A DNA stretch of 64,000 nt from Myxococcota bacterium (GCA_965247115.1 CBDFGR010000003.1:1152001-1216000), one strand, 5' to 3'. Numbered from the stretch's first letter, positions 10,976 to 21,798 are shown. Numbers and translations are program-made. The notes: a model not told the origin generated them from the letters alone.

Positions 10976-11410
10976 AGCCAGGCGCTGCGGCTGACCACGG
11001 AAAACCGATCAACAACGTTTGACAATATCTCGACCGCGCCTGCGACCGTAGTCTCCGTACGTCGTTGCCCCATCTCCATAAAGCTAAACATATCGGACCC
11101 TTAGGCAAATGGAGCTGCGTACGTTCTACCGTACCGAGGACTGAGAGGTGGTTCGTTGGCACCCCAGCTGAGCGGCCCTCTACCCTGTCAATAGGTTTCT
11201 CCAAGAGGCAGCAACTCTTGACAGCTCTCAGTTCCCCTGTTCCTCCCTATATACTTCACGCAAAGCTGCGAGATGCTTCACTCCCAAAATGCTTCTTCTC
11301 GCACGATCAATGCCCTGCAGCTCCTTGAGCAAAGGGAACAATTCCTGACTCAGACTCTGCTTAGGTATTCGGCTTAATCGAGACTCATCAGCCTTTGGAG
11401 GGAGAAAACT

Positions 11411-12378
11411 ATGCAACGGAAACCCATCTCTCTGTCTATCTCTGTACCAAAGAGACGGCTTCTCACGTGGCTCGTGAGCGTACTTTTCTTCCTGCCGCAG
11501 CCCCTCTTAGCGCGAACGATGGGTGACCTCGAAATAGTGGAGGACACGACTCTGACAGAGAACCATCAGGGCAACATCATTATCTTGGCAAACCGCATCA
11601 CCCTGGACTGCAACGGCCACACTGTCTCCGGACGACGCAGGGGAAGGGGACGCCCCCCGATTGATCCTGTCGGCATCCTTCTTACGAATAGGAAGAACGT
11701 GACCATCAAGAACTGCCATGTTCGTGGGTTTAACATTGGCATCGGTCTCAATGGTTCCAAAAACAACGAGTTGATGGGAAACACTGCTACACGCGCCAGT
11801 TGTACCCCCGAAGTTGAACTTTGCGGAAACGGCTTCGTGCTCTTTGAGTCCGGCAAGAACAAGTTGACGGAAAACACCGCTAACGATAACGGCTTCAGCG
11901 GGTTCCTTGTCATTGACTCTAAGAACAACCGCTCGAGGATAGCAGGGCTGACGATAACGATATCGCCGACGGCTTCCAGATTTTCCGAGGTTCTAACAAC
12001 ACGCTTTGGGGCAACAGCGCTTACAATAACGCCCGGAACGGCTTCCTTATCTTTCAGTCTGACAACAACACGCTCGAGGGCAACATCGCTAGCGATAACG
12101 CCGCCAACGGGTTCGGGTTCTTCGATCGTACTGCCCCTCCCCTGCCCGACCGCGGGATCGATGGATCTGACAACAACACAGTTGTGGACAACACGGCCCT
12201 TGATAACGGCACCAACGGCTTCCGTGTTGTAGGCGAATCCGAAATGAATACGCTCGAAGCGAATGAAGCGCTTGGCAACGGTAATTTCGATGCCCTCGAC
12301 GACGACGTCCCAGGTGGTTTTGAGAATACGTGGGTGGGCAACGTCTTCGGTACCACTTCGGGGATACCCGCCCAGTAG
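11411..12378 (+). pseudogene. Right-handed parallel beta-helix (NosD/PbH1-like) protein with a 1-nt deletion at ~11930
   Basis: ITLDCNGHTV and SxxNxLxxNxAxxNxxxGF repeats. AACAACCGCTCGAG lacks one base relative to the later repeat AACAACACGCTCGAG; restoring it joins ORF 11411 to the frame ending at 12378. Confidence 0.8.
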
Positions 12379-12670
12379 ATGCCTATCAGGGGGAGCAACC
12401 GTTTCGTCTGGAGAGTTTTCCCGGGACCTTCCCGGGTAGGCAGCCGAGGAGCCGAGCTAGAACTCGACACTTCTCTGGGATGGGCTTCTGGGTCTACTAT
12501 GACCCCATGACGACACTCGAAGAGTCTGGGTGCGACTCGCCCGGCGGCTCCCTCCGCGACGGCGTTGGCAGCCTCGTCCCGATCGGCATCAGTGCGATCA
12601 CCTCCCGGTGCCGAGTCGACGGTGTGGACGCGCTCCTCGATGGAAAGCGAATCCGCGGGGGTATCCTTCC

Positions 12671-13804
12671 GTGACCACGTTGAGCCGGCTCACATGGCGT
12701 ATCCACTCGCTGGTCTTGGTCTGTTGTGCGTGGCTCGCGTGCGGGGGGCAAGGGTTGGAGCAGTTCCTGAGCTCCAGCCAGGGGGCCGAGATGGTGGCCT
12801 CTTGGGTCAGAACCGATCTCACATCGACAGGCGCGGGGTGGCAGCCCGCTGGGGTATCGCTGCAAGCCGGGCAGGAGCTCACCCTGTTCGCCTCGGGCGA
12901 GATCGATATCGGACTCAGCCAACCCCTCCATCCCCGCCACGCGATCTGGTATCGGATCGGTAGCGAGGGCCCCGCATTCAATCTCGCCAGCGACTTCTTC
13001 ACGACCCGCGCAGAGAATGCGGGCGAGCTCTTGCTCGCGGTTCGTCCACTGGGCGTCTACTGGACAGACCGCCGCGGGACCTTCCCGCCCGAGTTCCTCG
13101 ACCTTCCGCCTTCTCCGATCCAGCAGTCGGTGGTGACCGTTGTCTGGAGAGGCTCCGCAACCGAGGGACTCGAGGCGCTGTCCACGGTCGGAGTGGCGGA
13201 AGCGGAACAGGCGTCGGCGGCGATTCGCGAGCGCCGTCCCCTTCCCAAGGGATTCGACTACCTCTGGTTCCTCAACCAATCGAACGTCTTCGGCGCCTGG
13301 GCGGAGTCAGGACGGAAAGGGATCCACGCTTCTGCCACCGACGATTTGGGCATCGTGAAGGTTGCGGTCGACCTGCCCGTGACTGATGGGACAGCAATCG
13401 AGTTCGACTGGCGGTATCTGTCGCTGCCTGCGCTCGGTCCCGAGACCGAGGCCAGCTTCCATGACTATCTGAGCATCGCGGTCGAGTTCGACAATGGCCA
13501 GGACATCACCTGGTTCTGGTCGAACTCTCTAGAAGCAGAGCACAGCTTTCGGTGCCCACTCGAGTGGTGGGATCAGCGCGAGACGCACATCGTGCTGCAG
13601 AGCGGGAGCGAGGGTCTCGGCCAGTGGTTCAGCCATCGCCGTCCAGTGAAACTGGATTACCTGAACGCTGTAGGGGGGGAAGCACCAAGTCGCATCGTGG
13701 GCGTCTGGTTCATTGCCAACAGCTTGTTCGGCCGCCAGCCTGGAGAGGCCATCTTCTCCAATGTTGTCCTGTACGACGGGAACGCAGAGTTGCGGATCTT
13801 CTGA
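12671..13804 (+). CDS. DUF3047-like domain exported protein
   Basis: FDWRYLSLP, HDYLSIAVEFDNGQDITWFWS, FRCPLEWWDQRETHIV, VWFIANSLF; start uncertain. Confidence 0.7.
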   Translation: MTTLSRLTWRIHSLVLVCCAWLACGGQGLEQFLSSSQGAEMVASWVRTDLTSTGAGWQPAGVSLQAGQELTLFASGEIDIGLSQPLHPRHAIWYRIGSEGPAFNLASDFFTTRAENAGELLLAVRPLGVYWTDRRGTFPPEFLDLPPSPIQQSVVTVVWRGSATEGLEALSTVGVAEAEQASAAIRERRPLPKGFDYLWFLNQSNVFGAWAESGRKGIHASATDDLGIVKVAVDLPVTDGTAIEFDWRYLSLPALGPETEASFHDYLSIAVEFDNGQDITWFWSNSLEAEHSFRCPLEWWDQRETHIVLQSGSEGLGQWFSHRRPVKLDYLNAVGGEAPSRIVGVWFIANSLFGRQPGEAIFSNVVLYDGNAELRIF

Positions 13805-13924
13805 GGAACACGTCCTTCGTAGGGTGACCGCTACGGGACGCCACCTCTCGCCATCTTGTCATGAGCCCCGGCTTTGGGTAAAACGTCGGAGAGTCCGGCA
13901 CCCACCTGCCGAGGGAGATCCGCC

Positions 13925-14869
13925 ATGAGCGCATCCATTCCGAGCTTCAGCCGAGACGACAAAGCGGCAGATGTGGCGGCAGCGCTTCGCCGGGACGGAG
14001 CGGCCATCGTGCGCGAGCTGGTTGCCCCGGAGGTCATGGATGCGCTCACCGGGACGTTCGAGCCCGAGCTCGAGCAGCAGGAGCCTGGAGGCGGTCGGTT
14101 CTTCGGCTACAGGAAGAAGTCCATCGGCCGGCTCTTCGCACGGGGGAGCGAGTTCAGCGAGCAGCTGCTGCTGAGTCCTCTCCTGCTCGAGGTGACTGAT
14201 GCCATCCTGCTTCCCCACTACCCGATGGCCCCCTCTGCAGCCGCGGAGGAACCGCCTGAGCCCGTGGATTCCGACGAATCGGAGGACAACTACGCGCAAC
14301 TGCTGCGATCCAGAGATCCAGTCCTGGGGCCCAACTGCCACCACTACCGGGTGAACGTCGGAGGTGCGCTGCAGATCTGGGGAGGCGGAACAGCCCAGAC
14401 CCTGCACCGAGAGATGGACATCTACCGCCCTTTCCTCGAGCACGATCCCGAGCAGCCGGAGTACATCCTGGCGGTCAACTGGGCAGGCACCGACTTCACT
14501 CGTGACAACGGAGCTACCCGGCTTGTCCCGGGGAGCCACCGCTGGCCCCAGGAGCGCAGGGCGGAGGAGCACGAGGTGGCCCAGGCTGTGATGCCGAAGG
14601 GCTCGGCGGTCTTCTGGCTGGGCAGGGCGCTCCACGGTCTCGGGGCAAGCCGAAGCGACGAGCCGCGCACCGGGATCATCTTCACCATGGTCGTGAACTG
14701 GCTCGCCACCGAAGAGAACCAGTATCTGGCGGTGCCACCGGAGATCGCGCGGACTCTGAGCGAGCGGGCGCAGCAGCTGCTCGGCTACCGGGCGAGCTCT
14801 ACCATTGGTTGGGTTCCCGGCCTCGACAGCGAAAACATGCTGCTCGATGGCAAGAGCGGTCCGCTGTAG
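13925..14869 (+). CDS. Phytanoyl-CoA dioxygenase (PhyH) family Fe/2OG enzyme
   Basis: QTLHRE, DFTRDNGATRLVPGSH, LHG, EENQYL. Confidence 0.88.
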   Translation: MSASIPSFSRDDKAADVAAALRRDGAAIVRELVAPEVMDALTGTFEPELEQQEPGGGRFFGYRKKSIGRLFARGSEFSEQLLLSPLLLEVTDAILLPHYPMAPSAAAEEPPEPVDSDESEDNYAQLLRSRDPVLGPNCHHYRVNVGGALQIWGGGTAQTLHREMDIYRPFLEHDPEQPEYILAVNWAGTDFTRDNGATRLVPGSHRWPQERRAEEHEVAQAVMPKGSAVFWLGRALHGLGASRSDEPRTGIIFTMVVNWLATEENQYLAVPPEIARTLSERAQQLLGYRASSTIGWVPGLDSENMLLDGKSGPL

Positions 14870-14978
14870 ATCAGCTCGGGCGCGACCTCTGTGGTGCGAC
14901 GGCGGGACGTCGAGCGCGGGCTCGAGCTACTAGAGTGTCGCGGCAATCCGCGTGACCCATCGATTCTAGAGGACGGAG

Positions 14979-15356
14979 CTAAGCAAAGCCGAATTTCTTC
15001 ATGCCTTCAGCCATCGCGTTCGCTTCGATGACGATGAGTTCGCGAAAGTTACCCCGCATCTCCCACGTCCCGGTGAACCCTTTGGGAACGATGAAATTGT
15101 CGTTCACGTTGAATTCCTGCGGCGAGCCGCCGTCGTCGGTCAAAACCGCGGTGCCGTTCAGAACATGAACGAATTCGTCGAAAGGGTAATCCACGAAATG
15201 CAGCAGGCCATCGTCTGCGTCATAGACCATGGTGACAAGTTGTCCGGAGAAGAAATCATGGCTTCTGTGACTCTCCACACCTTGTTTTAGGATCTCGGGC
15301 GGCCACTCCGGCATGAGCTTGGTCTTGCCAGTGCAAAAGGGGTAGCGTCCATCCAT
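14979..15356 (-). CDS. Cupin (EutQ/DUF861-like) protein, possibly 5'-truncated
   Basis: YPFDEFVHVLNG...FIVPKGFTGTWE. Confidence 0.75.
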   Translation of the reverse strand: MDGRYPFCTGKTKLMPEWPPEILKQGVESHRSHDFFSGQLVTMVYDADDGLLHFVDYPFDEFVHVLNGTAVLTDDGGSPQEFNVNDNFIVPKGFTGTWEMRGNFRELIVIEANAMAEGMKKFGFA

Positions 15357-15385
15357 CGAAGATCGCGGACCTTCCCGTGTGCATG

Positions 15386-17392
15386 TCATTGAAGGGTCAG
15401 GAACCTCTCGCGTTCCTTCGAGAGGAACCGTACCACTTCGTACTCGAAGGGCGTTCCGACCTCGCCGTAGCGGAAGGGCGTATGAACGCGGGTGTCCACG
15501 GCTTCGACGGGGGTGAGCAGGAGAGGGTAAGCGAGGAGAATGTATGGCAGTCGGTCCACGACGGTTCCCGCAAAGCCGCGCCCCGACGATGGACCGAGTA
15601 GTGGGACCACGAAATAGGGACCCGTTCCGGCTCCCCACCGGGCCAACGTCTGCCCAAAATTCTGCTGGTGCTCGGGCACACCGAGTCGGGTCGCCGGGTC
15701 CCAGAGGCCGACCACGCCCACCGTCAGGTTGATCCCAAGGCGACCGAGCGTCTGTCCTGCTCGCTTCGGCTTCACCTGCAGAACGTAGTTCACGAACGTG
15801 GTCGCCTGGTCCAGAGTCCGGAAGATGTTGTGGATCCCGGCGCGCACGAACTCAGGAGCGATGAACTCATAGCCGCGGACAGCGGGCAGGAGTATGTAGC
15901 GGTCGAAGCCCGCGTTGAAGATATAGGTGCGCCGGTTCGTGCTCTCCAGTGGGTCTCGCACGTCCAGGAAGCCGGGGATGTTGGCCGCGAGATCGGGGGC
16001 GACGCGCTGTAGTGCGCTCGAGGTCGCTTCCTGCGGTCCGGGCAGAGGGGCGGAGGTCGACGCGCCCTGAGCCACGACGGGAGGCCCCTGTAAGAACGCC
16101 AGCATCTGCGCGACATTCTCCTCGTACATGAGGCTCCCGCAGTGACCACCCCTCGGATAGATAGTCGCGCGCTCCGCGAACGTCGTGCGCAGGAACTCGA
16201 CGTCGGCCTCGTCCAGAATAGGGTCATCCGCACTCGTGATGACCGCGATCCGATCCGAGCGTCGGAGGTAGTCCTGGATGGGTCCCAGGCTGTTCGCGAG
16301 GATGAGCGCATCGCGGTCGAGCTCGGGCCGGCGTTCCGACCAGAACGGCAGGAGTACGTCGTCGAGGTAATCGCTGAAGCTCCACCGCCCGCCTGCTTTG
16401 AGGTAGGGCAAGAGCGGCGTCCCGCGAGTGAGCTCCGTCTCGGGGTCCACAAGCTGCCCTGACCCGGTCATCACGTCGGAGCTAAAGAGCATGCGCGCGA
16501 GGGAGATCCGAAAGACCAATCCGATCATGCCGCGGAGCTCCTGCCTGGTTGGCTGCGCTGCGCCCGTGGCGTGGAAGAGGAGTTCGACATCGAGCTTCTC
16601 ACGGCCCTGCGCGTGAACGTATCCCACGACCCGTTCGAAGAGGTTGTCAACGAGCTCCTGCAGCTCCGCCGCCCCGCCCGGAATACTGTCACGCACCATG
16701 TTGTCGAGCCGGTTGACGGAGGCCTTCAAGCTCACCGATGGGTTGATAAGCAGGACCTTCTTGAAGTCGAAGACGCCCTCATCCTCGTCGAGATGAGCGA
16801 CGTACGCGGCCTGCGTCCCGCCAAGGCTGTAGCCGGCGATGTAGAACTCCGACACATCGACCTCGTGCTGGATGTCCTCGTAAATTCGCTTCATAGCGCT
16901 GTAGAGATCGCTGACGTCGGCCTCCATGAAGCCGGGCACGGACGAGCGCGACGCTGTGATGATGAAGTCGGGGTGCGTGGGTGAGGAGATGTTCACGACA
17001 CTCATCCCGGCCTGGTAGAGCACTTTTTGCAGGTACGCGTTCTTCTCGCTGTCAAAGCGCGCACCGGTACCCGCGATCAGAAAGATCAGCGGGGCGGGCT
17101 CCCTCTGCGCTACGAAGGAGTACTCAAACTTCTTGCTGCTCCAGAGGACTCGGGGGATCTCTCGATCTGGGAAGAGCATGAGCGATCGCCGCTCGACGTC
17201 GATCGTGTCCGGCACCGCCGCACGGAGTGCTGGTGGAGTTCCGAGCACCGTGGCGAGGAGCGGGTCCGCGATCGGATAGCCGTAGCTCGCTGTGGCGCGA
17301 GCGCTCGGGAGCTCGTCCGCGCGGGCTGCAGGCGTGACCGCGAGCACGAGGAGGCCCAGGAGGACGGCGCTGCAGTGCGGACGTGGCGGCAT
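15386..17392 (-). CDS. Alpha/beta-hydrolase (MlaY-like lipase) fused to a C-terminal MlaA/VacJ (MlaZ-like) domain
   Basis: Signal peptide; LIAGTGA, GYSLGG elbow, DDP, GGHCG; then DPLESTNRRTYIFN, INLTVGVVGLWDPA, FGQTLARWG, GPYFVVPLLGPS. Confidence 0.88.
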   Translation of the reverse strand: MPPRPHCSAVLLGLLVLAVTPAARADELPSARATASYGYPIADPLLATVLGTPPALRAAVPDTIDVERRSLMLFPDREIPRVLWSSKKFEYSFVAQREPAPLIFLIAGTGARFDSEKNAYLQKVLYQAGMSVVNISSPTHPDFIITASRSSVPGFMEADVSDLYSAMKRIYEDIQHEVDVSEFYIAGYSLGGTQAAYVAHLDEDEGVFDFKKVLLINPSVSLKASVNRLDNMVRDSIPGGAAELQELVDNLFERVVGYVHAQGREKLDVELLFHATGAAQPTRQELRGMIGLVFRISLARMLFSSDVMTGSGQLVDPETELTRGTPLLPYLKAGGRWSFSDYLDDVLLPFWSERRPELDRDALILANSLGPIQDYLRRSDRIAVITSADDPILDEADVEFLRTTFAERATIYPRGGHCGSLMYEENVAQMLAFLQGPPVVAQGASTSAPLPGPQEATSSALQRVAPDLAANIPGFLDVRDPLESTNRRTYIFNAGFDRYILLPAVRGYEFIAPEFVRAGIHNIFRTLDQATTFVNYVLQVKPKRAGQTLGRLGINLTVGVVGLWDPATRLGVPEHQQNFGQTLARWGAGTGPYFVVPLLGPSSGRGFAGTVVDRLPYILLAYPLLLTPVEAVDTRVHTPFRYGEVGTPFEYEVVRFLSKERERFLTLQ

Positions 17393-17934
17393 CGCGCGGG
17401 GGCTCCTAGGTCTTCCTCGGGCCGCCCAACTGGTGCGCAGGAACGACCTCGATCGTGACGCAACCGCAAAGCAGAACAGTGGCGAGGAGGTAGAATCGCA
17501 TCAAGACCGGTTGGAAGTCCAATAGCATGTCGGAGTCCGGCTGGAACCAGAGGACCAACACTAACGCCGTCAAGGCCCCGGCGGCTCCTACTGGAAGCAC
17601 CCAGCGCGCTCCCCCTAGTCAGTGGGCACCTTATAGTCGGTGCCATACTCGGCGTTGATATCGTCATAGATCTTCTTGACGACCTCGGGGAACGGCTCGC
17701 GGCCGCTCAGAACAAAGTCCGTGAAGCCAATCCGGGAACTCCGGTCCGGCGGTAGTTTCTCGCCTACCGCCGGCTGCGGCCAGATGTCCTCGTCGATCAC
17801 AGCCATACGCACTCTGATGTCGTCCTTGGTGACGTTCCACACCATGTAGTCCGTGGCCATGGAGTTCACGGCGAGGGCAACAAACTGCTCAACGGCATCA
17901 CCTTGCCTGTTGAGAGAATTCGGCCTCATAGGCG

Positions 17935-18411
17935 TCAGACGTCGCTCTCGATCCTCGGTATTACGATGCCATCGATGTACGCCACAAAGTCCGCAGAGAA
18001 GTTGAATGGCCGTGTTCGCCACCAATCGCGTGCCCCTTGCCCTGCCAGTAGTGTATCGATGGTCGGCTTTTCGGCGTCCCATAGAGTCGTATCGCCAGTG
18101 CCATGATGGCTTTGATAGTGGAGAACGTCCATCACTCGGAAAGCCGCGTGCATAAAGAAGCCGTACTGGGTCTGCTCCTCCTCGGATAGCGCAGAGTAGG
18201 AGTTGTTGCCATCTTTGAATATCCGCGCTAGGTCCGAGTTCGTGGCCATCATGACATTAATGCCGTTAAAGGAATCGGTGATGCCGTGATAGTTAGAGCT
18301 TCGGACCTCTTGGGTGTTCTGCTTGATCTGTCGTGCCAGGTAGACGAGGGTAACTAGGACAGCCGCAGCACCCAATACCTCACCAACTGCTCCAATTGCG
18401 TCCCAATCCAT
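17935..18411 (-). CDS. Conserved hypothetical protein with an N-terminal TM helix
   Basis: MDWDAIGAVGEVLGAAAVLVTLVYLARQIKQNT N-terminus and protein-like composition. Confidence 0.7.
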   Translation of the reverse strand: MDWDAIGAVGEVLGAAAVLVTLVYLARQIKQNTQEVRSSNYHGITDSFNGINVMMATNSDLARIFKDGNNSYSALSEEEQTQYGFFMHAAFRVMDVLHYQSHHGTGDTTLWDAEKPTIDTLLAGQGARDWWRTRPFNFSADFVAYIDGIVIPRIESDV

Positions 18412-18718
18412 CCTGTTGCCTTGCTACATCAGTTGTAGGTCGTCAGATCTGTACTACAAAGGGTGGCAGAACCTCTGCCGCGGCGCGTTGGTCCTCCCGC
18501 ATGACGGGCAGTCCACCTCGGTGGTCAGGACGCTTCCGCACTCACCACAGAAGCCAGCATCCTCAGGGTTCTCGTGGCCACAAGACGAGCAACTCACGCG
18601 GCCATCTTACAGTCGGAAGGAGCATTCACGGACCGCCCGTCAACGTGAGAGAAAGACCGACACGTAGGTGCAGCGTGCCCAAGAATCTACTAACTATCTG
18701 TATTTGCTAGGGATTTCT

Positions 18719-18741
18719 GTGCCGGGGACCCGGTTCGACCC
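18719..18741 (-). repeat. Highly degenerate tRNA 3'-end copy (att-like scar 3)
   Basis: GTGCCGGGGACCCGGTTCGACC shares GTGCCGGGGAC and TCGA with the copies at 21799 and 24322; AT-rich left flank. Confidence 0.45.
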
Positions 18742-18878
18742 TTAGCCTGCAGCCGGATCGAGCTGCCGTTTGCGGCCTGAACGTTCCCCGGCCGCTGGGG
18801 GCCATTCACGACGGGCTGCGAGACCTGGCGTGCAGTTCCCAACCGCCGACGAGCTTGATACTCGTCGGATCTCCCTGC

Positions 18879-18909
18879 CTGAATCGACTGAATCGACTGA
18901 ATCGACTGA
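18879..18909 (+). repeat. 9-bp tandem repeat (CTGAATCGA x3 plus CTGA) abutting an RBS
   Basis: Read directly; runs into GAGGAGG upstream of ATG 18921. Confidence 0.85.
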
Positions 18910-18920
18910 GGAGGATGGCG

Positions 18921-19370
18921 ATGAGCTCACGCGACGAGATCAACCATCTGGTCAACCACTACGGCTTCACGATCGACACGGGCGACCTCGACGGATTTGC
19001 GAGCCTGTTCGAGCACGGCGACTGGGGTCTAGAGGGGTCGCGGCGCTACGTGGGCAAGGACGGTCTGCTCGAGATGATGGCCGACGTAGTGATCTACCCC
19101 GACGGTACCCCGAGAACAAAGCACCTCACTGCGAGCTACGACTTGGACATCGACGAGGGCGCGGAGACCGCAAAGGGGCAGTGCTACGTAACTGTATTGC
19201 AGCAGACCGACGACTTCCCGCTACAGGTGATCTTCGCCGGTCACTACTTCGGCGAATTCGAACGCGTCGACGGCGCCTGGCGCTTCGTCAAGCGCATCGT
19301 TCGCCACGCTCTCGTCGGGGACATGAGCGCTCACCTGAAGCCCACGTCCGGCTTCATCTCGGCTCATTGA
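18921..19370 (+). CDS. SnoaL/NTF2-like family protein
   Basis: INHLVNHYGFTIDTGDLDGFASLF, TKHL, GHYFGEFERVDGAWRF. Confidence 0.85.
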   Translation: MSSRDEINHLVNHYGFTIDTGDLDGFASLFEHGDWGLEGSRRYVGKDGLLEMMADVVIYPDGTPRTKHLTASYDLDIDEGAETAKGQCYVTVLQQTDDFPLQVIFAGHYFGEFERVDGAWRFVKRIVRHALVGDMSAHLKPTSGFISAH

Positions 19371-19515
19371 TCGCGTTCACCTCCCGACTCTCCTGGTGCG
19401 TGGTGCCGTCCTCAGCGGGAACGGCGGCGGGGATCGCCTCTGAAAAGACCTCATGGATCTCAGTGGCTATGGGCCGTAGCCATTCGACCTCAAATTTCAT
19501 TTGACCCGTTTACCA

Positions 19516-21489
19516 TCACTCCAGCCCAGCCTCCCTTAACGCCGCATTGCGGCGCGCGTCGATCTCCGGGCGCGAAACGGCGAGGTAGTTCTGCATAATC
19601 TCGATCGAGAGATCGGGCCGGACGCGGCGGCCTTCCGCAATCGCGGCTCGCGCCTCGTCGAGACGGCCCAATGACACGGCGCTCATCGCGATGTACAGGT
19701 AGCCGGTGAAGTAGGTTGGTTCCGCGGCGACCAACCGCCGACCCGCCTCGAGTGACGCGTCGTAACGCCCGGTTTCCCAATTTGCCAAAGCCAAGCTGTC
19801 GTAAATCCAGACCATTGGTCCGTGAGGATTTAGTCGCCGCGCGCGCTCGGTCGCGACGATGCACGCTTCCGGGTCCCCGGCGAGCAGTTGCGCCCAGCCG
19901 AACCAGATCCAGGCTTCCGGCATGCTCGGATTCAACACCACGGCGCGGCGGGTCGAGTCAAGGGCATTATCCGGGTCGCCCGCCGTCAGATAGACCGCTC
20001 CGAGGGCGGCATGGGCTACCGGATCGTGTGGATCGATGTCGAGCGCGCGCCGGGCGGTTGCAAGCGCGGCGGATACCTCTTCTGCGGTCGCGGTGCGACC
20101 GTCGCCGGTCAGCGCCATCCAGTTTGCCATCGCCAGCTGCGCCAGCGCCGTCGCGAAACGGGGGTCGATTTCAGCTGCGCGCTCGAAGAGCCGCGCCCCC
20201 TTGACCCAGTCTTCGCGCGTATACCGGTCTATGTGTTGGAGTCCGAGCTGGTAGAGGCTCCATGCTTCGAGATTCTCGGTGCCCTGTTGTCGCGCGCGCT
20301 CACCCTCTGCACGTGTAAGGTCACCTACGAGCGACGCCGCAATGGTCGAACTGATCTCATCCTGCAGCACGAACACGTCCGCGACTTCGCGGTCGTAGGT
20401 TTCAGCCCAGACGTGCTCGCCGGATGTCGCATCGATAAGCTGTGCGGTAACGCGGATGTGATCGCCGCCGCGGCGCACACTGCCCGAAACGACATAGCGA
20501 ATCCCAAGTTCGTCGCTGATGCGCTGCAAGTCTGCGCTACCGGCGCGGTACTGAAAACTCGATTTGCGCGCGATCACGGGAAACGCCCGCCAGGCTGAAA
20601 GCCGCGTGATCAGGTCTTCGGCCAGACCGTCGGCAAAGAACGCCTGATCGGGATCAGGCGAAAGGTTGTCGAAGGGCAACACTGCAATCGCCGGCCGCCC
20701 GCGGAAATCGGGAACGTTAGCCATCTCGCTAACGGTCTGCGGCGCATCGCTCACGGTAGACACGGCACTTGGCTTCAACGCGTTCGACCATGCAAAGTAG
20801 CCCGCCAAAGCACCCAGGACGACCAGTGCAGCGAGGGCAAGTAGCAATCCACGGCGCGGCGACTGCACCGCTTGTCGCTGCGGCAGCGGCGCCGCTTTCT
20901 CGCCCGCCGCAGGCACGGCAAAACTTGCAACGCCTTCGAGTCCGGCCTCGCAGATCTCCAGCGGCTCGTCGAAGCCCTTCAGCATATAGCTTCCATACGT
21001 CTCCCAACGAATTGGCTCGCGAAACTGCTGGTAGTCGAGCCGTTGTCGCGCGCTGTTCGCGACCGCCGCGGACATCAGCACCTGCGCGGGGCTTGCGAGG
21101 CTCGCGATGCGTGCGGCGAGATCGACCGCGAGACCTTCTACACGCGGATGAGCGTCCTCACCACTAGCGCCGGATCGCTCACTCACTTCTCCCAGGTGCA
21201 TACCGGTGCGCACGCCCGGCAGGTCGGGCGAGTGCGAATGCGCAAGCTGCAGGTGTAACGCAAAGGCGACCGCGGCGCTTGGGGTTTCGAAGGTCAGAAA
21301 GCACCCGTCGCCGGCCCAATCGATAATGCGGCCCCCGGACTCCGCCGCGACGCGACGCACGATCGCGCGATGCTGTTCGATCAATTCGCCGACCACCAGG
21401 TCGCCACGCGCCATCTTCAACGCGGTCGAATCCGCCAGATCGGTGAAGACCAGCGTCAGGATCCGTGAGCTCGCGATCGTGTCGGTCAT
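19516..21489 (-). CDS. Class III adenylate/guanylate cyclase with TM, TolB-like and TPR domains
   Basis: VFTDLADST, AGDG, RTGMHLGEV, DLAARI; IAVLPFDNLS, FFADGLAEDLI; TPR helices. Confidence 0.9.
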   Translation of the reverse strand: MTDTIASSRILTLVFTDLADSTALKMARGDLVVGELIEQHRAIVRRVAAESGGRIIDWAGDGCFLTFETPSAAVAFALHLQLAHSHSPDLPGVRTGMHLGEVSERSGASGEDAHPRVEGLAVDLAARIASLASPAQVLMSAAVANSARQRLDYQQFREPIRWETYGSYMLKGFDEPLEICEAGLEGVASFAVPAAGEKAAPLPQRQAVQSPRRGLLLALAALVVLGALAGYFAWSNALKPSAVSTVSDAPQTVSEMANVPDFRGRPAIAVLPFDNLSPDPDQAFFADGLAEDLITRLSAWRAFPVIARKSSFQYRAGSADLQRISDELGIRYVVSGSVRRGGDHIRVTAQLIDATSGEHVWAETYDREVADVFVLQDEISSTIAASLVGDLTRAEGERARQQGTENLEAWSLYQLGLQHIDRYTREDWVKGARLFERAAEIDPRFATALAQLAMANWMALTGDGRTATAEEVSAALATARRALDIDPHDPVAHAALGAVYLTAGDPDNALDSTRRAVVLNPSMPEAWIWFGWAQLLAGDPEACIVATERARRLNPHGPMVWIYDSLALANWETGRYDASLEAGRRLVAAEPTYFTGYLYIAMSAVSLGRLDEARAAIAEGRRVRPDLSIEIMQNYLAVSRPEIDARRNAALREAGLE

Positions 21490-21519
21490 GCCAGACGGTC
21501 ACACTACCTCAAGGCGCTG

Positions 21520-21721
21520 GTCACCGAGCGCGATGAATCGCAACTGGGACCGGGCGTCCGACGTGGCCGTGGATCGATTCCTGCTTTACGAAGCGACCAG
21601 GCACTCGTTCGCAACGCTCGCAGTGAGTCGTGGGGCGGACCTGTACAAAGTTCAGAGGTTCCTCGGACACGCTGATCCGAGGACTACGCAGCGAAGTGCA
21701 AGCTCGCGGACAGTGGGTTGA
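21520..21721 (+). pseudogene. Tyrosine recombinase C-terminal remnant
   Basis: LYEATRHSFATLAVSRGADLYKVQRFLGHADPRTTQRS, with catalytic Tyr and N-terminus absent. Confidence 0.8.
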
Positions 21722-21798
21722 TCAGCGTGCTCGCGACCGCCGAAACCGTCTCCGGGGGAAAGTGACCCAGAAATACCTAATGATCCCGGCTACTTCCA

